Assembly (NCBI RefSeq): GCF_022045235.1
Contig: NW_027266264.1
Span: forward strand, 78,368,001-78,432,000
Length of the DNA stretch: 64,000 bases
Source of the DNA: Haliotis cracherodii
Taxonomy: Eukaryota
Reading direction: 5' to 3'
Positions 24,901-36,900 of the stretch are shown in pieces. A program made the translations under genes and the position numbers. Every line of letters starts with the position of its first letter. The stretch's first letter is position 1. The notes below the pieces were generated by a model. That model did not search any database. It saw nothing but the letters and a program-made list of their open reading frames with translations, and had not been told where the DNA came from.

Positions 24901-27900
24901 AAATCAAAGTCGTTGCCATGGAAACTCGAAAAATAACTTTTTTTAAAATCCCAAACTATCAAAAGGCACCAGTTCACCACTAGATCTATCTATGTGCCAA
25001 GTATGGTGAAGAAATATGGTGCGGTTTTCAAGATCTGCTCCGGAAACGAGGACTACTGCCATTTTTAGTCTAAATCAAAGTCGTTGCCATGGAAACTCGA
25101 AAAATAATTTTTTTTAAAATCCCAAAATATCAAAAGGCACCTGTTTACCACTAGATCTATCTGTGTACCATGTTTGGTGAAGAAATATGGTACGGTTTTC
25201 AAGATCTGCTCCGGAAACGAGGACTACTGCCATTTTCAGTCTAAATCAAAGTCGTTGCCATGGAAACTCGAAAAATAACTTTTTTTAAATCCCAAACTAT
25301 CAAAAGGCACCAGTTCACCACTAGAGCTATCTATGTGCCAAGTTTGGTGAAGAAATATGGTACAGTTTTCAAGATCTGCTCTGGAAGCAAAATGTGACGG
25401 CCGGACGGAAGGACGGAAGGACGGAAGGACGGACAGACAGCAACCATTCCTATATCCCCCTTCCACTTCGTGGCAGGGGATAAAAATAAATGGTCTTGAT
25501 GCACGATGTTGGAGTTGACTAAACCTTACCAGATACAATGTACTTGAGAGCAACAACTGACGATTCCCTACCCAGGGTAGGCTTATATACCTGACATGTG
25601 GACCATGTGACAAGGAAAATGGACACAGTCAATGATCATGTTCCTTACATCTCGGCCTTCCATTATGGCTTCCACCTAGCCGAGCATGCAAGGAGCGTGA
25701 CATTGTCACATCTTCCAAGTCACTGCGCCCGCATGGGCATAGGCTTCTACAATATATGACCATAAAGGTAGGTACTACATCAGCCGCCCCTACAAACTCC
25801 CCATACCATAACCCACCCAAACTGTGTTTATAAATACATGTATATCAATTTACCAAACAAATCCTGAGTCGACCACACCTATGAAGACTCTTATGTTTGA
25901 AAAAGACATTTTGATATATCAAAAGTTTATGACATTCATTCCTTGCTACCAGAGATTTATCACAAATATAGTTAGTACACTGCCTTTCAGATGATTACTA
26001 TTCTGAACGCCCATGTCAATACAAATGAACATGTTTATCCTGACCACTTCACTGGATACTGTCAATGCTAAATGGGTTCTGCTGACTATACTAATGCTGA
26101 CAGGTTCAGTATGCAAGCCCTCACCCTGCTATAAGCAGCCTTTTGTTGTCCCCAGTCCCCAGGGTAGAGCACCACTCTATAGAGCACAGAGAGGAGGGGT
26201 GGGTCAGACTCCACATACAGGTGAGCCCTTCACCACTTGTCTTCCACACCTTCAAGTTACGTTCACTCAGAGCACATGTTGCCAGCACATGACCTGTAGG
26301 GTCCCACTTCATCACAAGCACAGATTTCTGAAAGAAACATCATTCAGTCAAAGTAGTTGTCTTCATGGATTATTCAGAATGTTTTCTAAACATCAAAACT
26401 AGTAAATTAACCATGTTAGTCCTGCCTTCTTGGAGGTTCTGTTAGGAATATCTACACATATAAACACACATACAGTTACTATTCAGAATTTATGTGACCA
26501 ACCATGAGAGGCCATGAAGAAATACAATGTGGGCATCAAGTGTGCAGCTATAACGCCCGGCGAGACTCATGTTGAAGAATTAAGGCTGAAGATGTGGCTC
26601 AGTCCATATGGGTGAAAAATCCCATTTTGACTTCTCAGTATATTTTTAACCTACAGTATCTTTGGAACACAAAAGTAAAATTTACACCCTTAAATTCATA
26701 TGTATTACAGAGACACAAGGCATAAACATTTAAACATATTTTCTGCAAAGTTCCATTTTTAGACTGTTTATATGCAATAACTGCAGTTTTTAGACACAGT
26801 GTCTGATTAATTGAAAGTAGACATGTATGTTGAAATGTTTTGAAATAATGTTTTATTACCTCACAAACTGTAGAGTCTGCTGCACACATGGTAAATCTTT
26901 CTTTAAGATGTTATAGGGCTATTGTATCCCAGAAGCCATACGGTCCCTTTTCTCCTGGTGAGTCACATAAACTAAACTTAACAATTTCACTGTGAATTGT
27001 GTCATCCAGATTAACAAGGTTCCACTGTATGATTGGGGCATTATCAGCTGTGTGCGAATGTTCCGACTGAATACAACTATTGTCACTACTTACCCAAGTT
27101 GTAAATTCTGTTAATATTACAGCTTTTGCTTGCATTTGATAAATGTTGTAGAAATAAGATTACAAATGGTAGTATTCTGTAGCCATTGTCCATTACAACA
27201 TAATATTAACTTTATAATATTAAATGTGTCAAAACACTGTTGTCATAATGTGCAAAACTTCAGCAATAAACAACTGTTTTGCCCAGGATGAGGACTTCGC
27301 ACATTAAGTCTTTCACAAGAGGTTGCCTTCATTTCACTATATGGTACATTTTGCCTAACTAAACAAAGGAGTACCTGATGTGCTTCAGTATTGAGTGGCT
27401 GTTCAAATTCGGCCTGACTACACAAAGACACCATTCCATCACTGTAGCCCACAGCAAACCTCCGATCTTCATTGAACCATGCTATTTGAGTCACGGATAC
27501 TGAAACATACACATTTTCAGAGAACAATCACGATGTTACTCTCTTAATGACTTCTATCAAACGTAATGTTTGTCTTTTAAATATAATATTCCAGCTATAT
27601 ACTGTAGTGACTAATCAAGTCTCGACCTGACAATCCAATGATTGATATTGAGAGCAACAATCCACACTGTTGGGGTACAATGACATGTAATCAACCAAGT
27701 CACAGAGTCTGACCACCCAACCTATTTGTCTGACTCTTATGAACAGGCATGGATTGCCGGGCACCAATTCTAACCTGAATCCCCAAAGGGTTGAAATGTA
27801 ACGGATCAAATATGAATAAGTTTTAAAATTTGGTTTTTACATCAAATGAAAAAGAGAAGACTGCATCTTTGACCATCATTTACTAATAAACTTTGTCCAC

Positions 27901-30900
27901 TGCTTGGCATGGTTTCTAGGATCCTCTCACACCTCCAGTGACTACTCATGTACAAGGCTGCATACCATTTCTCCTATAGCAGTGTTCCAGCTCCTGTCTA
28001 CGGTAGCTGGAGCTGTCAAGGGTCTGTATGCTGGCCAGCGACCCATCTAGTCGTCCCACCAACAAAACATCTGTGGACAGCCCCAGCTGGCCATCAAACA
28101 TCCCTTTAGACAATGGCCAGGTGAGGGCCGTCACCCAGTGAGGCTGGATGTCCAGGTAACCTTTCCCACCTTCATAGTGACAGAAATCATACCATATTAC
28201 ACAAACATAAAACACAAAACTGTACAAATGTCAAAATTATTTGACAAAAAGTCAAAATCTTGCAAGGTGTAGAGACATAATAACCATATTTGCCATAATA
28301 TGAACCCCATTTTTATAAATTCCCCCACCCCAAACTTCTAGAATAAATGCAAATTTTTAAAAGCACCTGTGCTTAGGCTAAACCCTTACATGATATCTCA
28401 TATAATTTCATATGTAACAGTGATGTGTCTGTGACTGCAGAAGGAATCAAGTTCGATTTCATCTGTAAAAATAATTTGGTCTGATATCATGACCCTCACC
28501 TCCAATGATCCAGATATTGATCATGTTGTCCATACATGCTGCAATCATTTTCCCCGAGCTACTCCAGCACACATTAGACATGGGGCTGTTGTCCAGGTCC
28601 ACTACCGACACATCCTCCCCTTGGTTGAAGATGCAGGTCTGCTGCAGGAACTGATGGGTCTTGTTGGGCAGACTCCACACCCGCACCGTGCCATCATATG
28701 CACTGTTAGAACACACAACAGCTGATGGTTCAGTCTATGTATCACCAATATAAATGTTGACTTCAAATACTATCATTAAGGTAAATTGATGTGTAAGTTT
28801 TAAGGACACAAAAGATGTATTTAACATCCGTCACCCTTGATACTGTATTATCACAACTAAACATTTAAACAAGCATTGTGATCTTGGTGAGTGAACATTG
28901 TTTAACTGAAGTCAGTAGTATTCCAGGTCAGTCAAACCAATGGTTAATTATGTGAGCAAGGATCCATGCTGTTGGTTGGTTGGTTTGTTGTTTAACGCCG
29001 CACTCAGCGATATTCCAGCTATATGACGGCGGTCTGTAAATAATCCAGTGATTAATATCATGAGCATCAATCCACGCAATTGGGATCAATGACATGCATC
29101 AACCAAGTCAGCGAGCCTGACCACCAGGTCCCATTAGTCGCCTTTTACGACAAGCATAGTCGCCTTTTACGGCAAGCATGGGTTTCTGAAGACCTATTCT
29201 ACCCCGGATCTTCTCGCGTCCCATGCTGTTTGGGTACCCAGACACACTATCAAGAAGGTCACACAACACCTAATCCTATTTAAGTTAAGGGCACTGGTGA
29301 CCTGGTTTGCTCCTGAATTTACTCAATGTCAGTTTTACATGTTTATGACAATATCAATATAGTTAGAACAAAAGAATCACAATATTTCTTGAGTCACACA
29401 TACCCTGAAGCAAGCAGTGTTTTTTTGGAGTTCCAGGCACATCCTGACAGTCTGTTCTGATGTGCCTCAAGTTTGGACACAGGGCAGGATGGCAGGTCTC
29501 CCACCAGATCCACTTGGTTCTCTGACATGTAGGGGATGCTCTGGCCCTGAGCAGACAGGGCCTGTACAAGCTGGTAGGCAGACCACTGACGATGGTGGGA
29601 GGGCATTCGTGCCGAGATTACACATGCCGAGAGTGCATTGATCAGTTGGAGTGGGGAGAACTTTGTCTCCTCTGACGATGCACTCTCACTGGGGGTGTCT
29701 GGAGAGAAAAAAGGTAACTAGCATATGCTATGCTGACTCAAGGGTATCCATAATTTGTAAAAGGCACATTAAGAAGGTCCTTGGAGTTGAATGAAAGAGA
29801 GATAACTGAAGTGTCCTATAAAACTGCTGGTGCTGGATATGTTGCTCCAATGCTACTTGGAGATAATTGTTTTAACTGTTACATATCTTCTTCCATTTGT
29901 TTGTTGTTCCAGCTTCATGACTTTGGTCTGTAAATAATCGAGTCTGGACCAGACAATCCAGTGATTGATATGAGCATCGATCAACGCAATTGGGATACAA
30001 AAACGTGCATCAACAAAGTTAGTAAGCCTGACCACCCGATACTGTTAGTCACCTTTTCTGACAAGCATGGGTTGATGAAGACCTATTCTAACCCAGATTT
30101 TCATGGATCTACACAAATCTGATAACTAAGACTGCATGTACCACTGCCGACCAAGGCACTGCGAGCGGATAATGTGTGAGCATCTTTATTTATGCCTGCT
30201 CTAAATTTAAGAAACAACACTAACTGCCACACTACCTTTGTCAAGAGAGAGTTGGGCTTGGATAAGCTTCTGACTCCATCCCTTCTGAGCTAGCAAGGAC
30301 ACAAGAGCCTGGGTAACTGCAAATGTTGGCGAGTCTGGCAGTTTGTGTGGTGAGTGTCTGGAGCTGGTGGTATCCTCCATGCTACTTGTACTGAGACCCA
30401 TGGCTGCCAGCATCAACTCCTGTCACAGGCAGACTTCGCTAATGTACTACTGCACATGGTGCTACATAAACTGCAGTGTCTTGTACGAATGTAAAAAAGA
30501 CCTTTGTGATGCAGTTGCTTATTTTTGATGCTTTGATAAATGATAAAATCAGTCGATGCATTCTTATAATGAAGAAAATCACATTCTTATATATAAGAAT
30601 TACAATGTATAGTGGGGAGATATCATGTAATACTGTGTTTCGGATTCCTCGCCTACCATATTTTCAACACCAATCATAAACTGAACCCAACTAGAGATAT
30701 ACAGCGAATGTTAAGAAAAAACCCAAAACAAATACAAGAACAGAGCTAGGTCCGTCAGAAACCATGTCTTCTCTCCTGAGCTCAACATAAATGTGCCAAT
30801 AACTTGGTGTTCCTTGTTTTTAATTTCTGACCAACAGCCATGCTTGAAGTTTTAAAGCTCAATGACATTGATGCTCCTGTATTTGAGCCCCATGTGGCTG

Positions 30901-33900
30901 CACGTACCTGTGTACAGAGAGAGATGAGCTGCTGGAGTGAGACCGGACTCTCCTGGACGAGAGCCCCGATGGCGGTAGTGAGATAGCGCAGGTACTCGGA
31001 CTGGTCCCGCTGCTGGGTGTGGGACATCTCTATCTTCCCTGCAGCACACAGGGACATCAGTCGCACAATCTGCATGATGTCAGCCAGGCCAATGTGATCC
31101 AGTGCTGCTGAAAGGCAACATGAGCTGCCACTGAAAATATATAAGAAGTAAACACGTTAGTGTTGATGTTTACAGTTTGTTTCTCAAATTCAGTAATGAT
31201 ATTTAACTCTCTTTGATAAATATTCATCTCAATGTATGTTGTTGTTCAACTATCTTGTTATCCTATTAGAGCTTTGGGTTCATTCCTAAAACCAACATTC
31301 ACCTGTAAAAATCAGAAATATATATCCAATAGACTGCTTTTTATCCCACAAATGGTTTGAGTCAGTAACACCTGTGTGGCTGCAACACTTAAACCACTAG
31401 GCCACCCTAACACCCCCTGATAGAAGAGAACAGAACATACCTCTGTGCCAGCAGGGTGAGGACCTTCATCACCATGGTTCGAGTCAGTAAGACCTGTGTG
31501 GCTGCAACACTTAAACCACTAGGCCACCCTAACACCCCCTGATAGAAGAGAACAGAACATACCTCTGTGCCAGCAGGGTGAGGACCTTCATCACCATGGT
31601 TCGAGTCAGTAAGACCTGTGTGGCTGCAACACTTAAACCACTAGGCCACCCTAACACCCCCTGATAGAAGAGAACAGAACATACCTCTGTGCCAGCAGGG
31701 TGAGGACCTTCATCACCATGGTTCGAGCCAGCAACACCTGTGTGGCTGCAGTGGTTCTCCTCAGCGCCAACAGACGATCGGCACTGCTCTGAAGACATGT
31801 GGCCTGCTCACCGAGAGATTTCTGTTTGGGATCAAGCTTACTTGATTTGTAGAAGCTACCTACAAATACACAAAACACCCAAATGCATAATAACATTATA
31901 CCAAATCATCTTGAAATACTTTTTTGGATATGATACCTTATTGCGGTCAGGGAATTATATGCTGTAAACTTTGCAAATTATTTCTTCATAAATTATTAAA
32001 TATATTTACATGAGCAAATGAGAGTGATTAGTTAGAAAAAAACTCACTGAGAGACTCTGTTGTGACTTCTGAAGTACTGTTAGTAACAGATTTTGCCCCA
32101 AGAGGATCAGGATCAAGGAATCGGACAGGTTCAGGAATAGACTTGCGATCACTCAAGCCAAGACGAGGTAGCAGCTTCTGGTAGCTGTCAGCACTGATGT
32201 TGATACCACTGTCCTCAGATAGAAATGCAAGTTCATCTAAACAGAAACAAAAAGAGTACAGCTTAAATTCTATCCTTGGAAACATCAGCTACAGATTTGT
32301 CAAGTAATAAAATAAGTAACTGTGGCATATTACCATCAAGTCCTCCGTCTGTGGCTCCCAGCAGATCTGGTGCTGACTTGTCAGTGGTGCCCTCTGTCAC
32401 TGACTCAGGAACTACATTGGTGCTGTGCTTCCTCTGCAGCAGGTAGCGGTCTCGACAGTCTCGGCACAGCAGGTAGTGGGGATGCCCCGATCCACAGATA
32501 CCCCCATAGCCAACCTGCTCATACCGCCCGGTACCATCGTAGCCATGGCCTCGGCTGATTCCTGGAGTAGGGATCATCAGAGTGCATCTAATGTTGGCAT
32601 TAATATCAAGAACATGTAACCTAGAAGTAACCTGCAACCAGTACCAGCCCTATAGTCACAACTAAATTTCATAACGGTTAAGGACTATTTGCAATTTCAT
32701 CACAATATGGCTGCAATACTACAGATGTGACATATAAATAAAATCCTAACTTACTCACACTAGCATAAATTACAACAATTTGGAAAAGTTTCCATACTTA
32801 TCATAACTACCAGTGACAAAAACAAGATGTTTCTACTGCTGGTAACTCTAAAACCCAAACCAAAAAACTTTTGAAACATATAAATCACACCTAATTTTAA
32901 AAGTTCTATTTCCTATTTCAAGTAAAACTACAACTTCAGCTGCTTAAATCCCCCGGGGGGCACGGGTGGCCCAGTCGTCTAAGGCGCCGCAATTCGCTGT
33001 GCAGAGTTGCGTCCCTTGGGCACGCCAGAAACCTATGATCGTGGGTTCGAATCCCGGTTCGCCCCGATTATGTTTCTAGGTTTGTCAGCACCATACCCGT
33101 GCTCGTGGGTTTCACCGAAGTGGTAAATGTCTGAGACCTGCATCACTTCGGGATTTCCTCCCACATTAAGCTAACACGCTGTGATATAACTGGAATACTG
33201 TTAAAATCGGCGTTAAACAAAACTCACTCACTTAAATCCGCCCCATATATGTATTTTTGGTAATAGTTCAGTGGGGACTGACTAGACAGCGTTATGTTCC
33301 TTACTTCCACATCCAGGGTGACAGAGTCGGAGGTGACGAGACATGACACCAGTCTCTTGATTACACAGTTCACAAGTCAGCGTTCTCCCCGGCTCAGTGT
33401 CGCGCCTCTGGAAACAAAGTATTCAAAGAACATAGATGTATGAATACCATCTCTCAGACTAGATCTGTAGTCAAAGAACCAGAAACCAGCATATACACAA
33501 ATCATATTCTACAATGACGTAAAGGGACAGTACATACACAGTTCTGTGTGTTTCTAAATCATTCCAGCCTCACTTCAAGAACACCTGATTCTGAGTTGTC
33601 AATCTGAGGTTTCAACTAGCAATAACATACTTCTGATCAAAAACACAACTTTTCAAAGAACAGAAAATCTAATATTTTACGTAGATTTCTTCTCTTTTAA
33701 TCAGGAATGATAGGCAGGAACACAAACTGACAAATGAGTAATACAGGTTTGAAAATGCTCACTTGTAGTTTCTCAAGCATTCAAAGTAGGAGTCAATTGT
33801 ACAGATATTCGAAAAATTAAAAATCAGAATGCTGGATCAGATTCCAAACTGAATAGGAATCTGCAAACCTGCATGTACCTTCTAGTTCATTACCACTGTG

Positions 33901-36900
33901 TCATGGCAGGGAGCTGCTAATTTGGGATAAACATAAAGTCCCTAACTTAATAGAAATACAATTGTTTCCATACATGTTACTCCAGCTACATGGGATGATG
34001 CTCATGCTGTCAAACACTAGTTTGACTGTCACACACTTGAATATTTGCAAGCTGGGAATAGCCGGAATGTTTATAACAGTGGATTAATACAACATTTACT
34101 CACTGACTGCAAGTCTACCATCATGGCTCACCTCCGACACATCTCTGCTGGGGTCCAGTGTAAACACATCCTCCAACCCTTCTTCATTGTACATCTCATC
34201 CTGCAAGTCGAAGTCATCAAAAGGGTCGTACAGGGGGCGTGCTTCTCCAACCTCATGACGTCTTTCTGGTCTCTCATCACGCCGTTCACGACCTGGAAAA
34301 AGTCATTGCATAAAAAACCTGTGTTTGTTTAATATAAAAAACATCTTCAGCCTTTAAAAACTTTCCTAGGTACAAAATGACAATAACGCTTGTGATCATG
34401 ATATTGGTAATGTCATTTAGTTACCAGCTGTGAGGAAGCTCCTGATATCAATGTGTCGACTACGAGTGAGACGCCGAGGTCTCCGACTGATTCTTGGCTG
34501 TGGCAACTCAAACTGCTCATCTGATGATTCATCACTGAGGAAGCCATCCTGGAAGGATGACGTGTCTGCACTGACATCCCTGAAAGGACAAATCAAAGTG
34601 ATAACACACAATAACAGGCACAACAATAACAGACATGAAGACTTGACTCAGTCTTGTGAGCCTATGGAGAGTCGGATGTCTTCCAAAGTCAAGACAAGAA
34701 CTGGCATATTATGTAAGTCATGAGCATTGACCCAAATATAGGTGACAATTACATCACTTACATAAAGTGTACCACTGATGCATGGCTACAAAGGGGCTGG
34801 TCCACCAAGCCAAACATTGTGTGTTCTAATGATGCCATTACACTCTATGAATTCAATTGTTGGTGTCCTCACCTTGTTGAGTCTGCCACCAAGTCTGTAT
34901 CATCTGACAAAGACGTGGCGGACGGTCTTAGTGTATCTCTACTACTGATAGCGGTCAGCTCGGATGGGTTTTCCAGCATCCACGTGGCCAGACTGTTGAT
35001 GGATCTTGCAGTCACTTCTCTACCACTGATGCCTGGATGTAACATATTGACAGTAATGTCAGGGTAACAAGGGTTAAACATACATCCTCTGCATAACACA
35101 ACAGAGATATTTAGCTTCCCATGAACACTTTGGAAAGTGGGCAGTATCAAAATCCATAATTGACTTCAATTACCTCAACTAAATCCATTACTATTGTACA
35201 TGATACATCAATAATGGGTCTAAAACACAAAATTTATCGATTTGGTCACATTAAATAAATTGATGTTATCCTTTGCATGGTATTGTTATTTCTATTTGTA
35301 AAGGTTATTGAAGGCTTAACATGTGGTTTGTTAATGTCACACACCAGTTGCTGCGAGGGCCTGCTTGATATGTGCCAGGGTGAAGCCCATCTCCATGAGG
35401 TGTGTCACTATGGCAGGTGGGGGTGGGGACGGAGAGCGAGATCGGATGGGAGGGGGAGGGGGATTACGGCGTGGCTGTAGAGGCACCCCTAGTGATATGC
35501 GTGGCCGCAGTGCATGGAACATCCTTCTTGTGAATCCAACCATGTCCTCAGCACTGCAAGGATGAAAACATGGTACACATCAGAGATGAAGAAGCGGAAT
35601 CTTTGGAAAAACATGCCACACCATAAACATGAAAAAAGAAAAGAAGTAAAGTAAAGTGGTTCTCACAGCTCAAGCATATAACTCTAAAACATTGGACACA
35701 CATGCTCAAGTACCATTCGAAAAAGTGTGGGACATTTAGATAAACATTTGAATTTATTGTCAAAACGCTTTAAATTCATTATTTACCACAGTGTTTTATT
35801 GATAAATGTGAATGTCTTGAAAACCAATAATACTTTGTTTACCCTATTCAAGCACAAAAATAAAGTACCCAATGTTTACAAAAATCAAAGATGAAGGAGC
35901 ACCAATCAAATAGAAGTTGGTTGCATTAATTGATGTTCATGACATCAATCACGGGAATGCCTGGTCCAGGCTTAATTATTTACAGACCACCATCATATAG
36001 CGGGAGTATTGCTGAGTGAGGCGTTAAAAAACAAACAAACAACCAAACCTACCTCGAACTTGTCCTCATGTATTGGAGGATGGAGGTTTGTTGTGAAGAG
36101 GTTTGAGGCTTGTTGGCCTCCCCGACTGCTGGAGAGTTGGTGCTGTCTGTAGATTGAGCTGTATGGGTTGGAGTACTGTGTTCTGGCTTCACACCTTCAC
36201 TCACCAGTCTCTCCTCCAGCTTGTCTGACAGATGAACAATCAAACATTGATAGGATGTTGTTGCTCCAACATCTTGCTATTCAATCTAATCTACACTTAA
36301 ACCCAGTTGTGATAGATATGACATGATGATTGCACAAACATAACACATATTTGGGATGTTATGGTTTGAAAAAAATTGAACAGGTTCTTGTCTTACTGAA
36401 ACCATTTTGTATCTGACTAACCGTTTTCACAGCTAAATATTTATAACATCTACAGGGCAGGGTACAGATTTTTATGACCCAAGACAGTCAATGATGAAAT
36501 AAATGATCCCCTATATTTGACATCGAGATTGTCATTAATATAGCAGATAACTTGATTTACATCATTGAAATAGACTGTTGCCAATTGTGGATTCAGTGTC
36601 TTTTTATAACCATTTCATAGTGAATACAACAGATTGTAACTACATTAATCATGTTAATAGTTTCAGAAACATACCTGCAAATGATTATTAATTAAATTAA
36701 ACTAGGATAACAAATACCAGTGTATACCCCCCACCCCCCAGTCAGTTATGACTCAGCTACATCTCTTCAACCCGAAAAGAACTGAGTTTGAGTGAGACAG
36801 AGTATGAACAACATCCCATGTCTTTGGGGCATAATTAGCCAAGTCACCAAGCCTAACTACATGATCCTATTTACTTGCCTCTTATAACAAGCAATAGATG

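Noticed and set aside
5011-31750. 22-, 171- and 122-bp tandem repeats as CRISPR arrays
   Set aside because: No unique spacers, no cas genes, and a eukaryotic context.
32955-33060. SINE heads (also 39640-39706 and 60425-60495) as tRNA genes
   Set aside because: They lack a complete cloverleaf and continue into SINE body and tail with TSDs.
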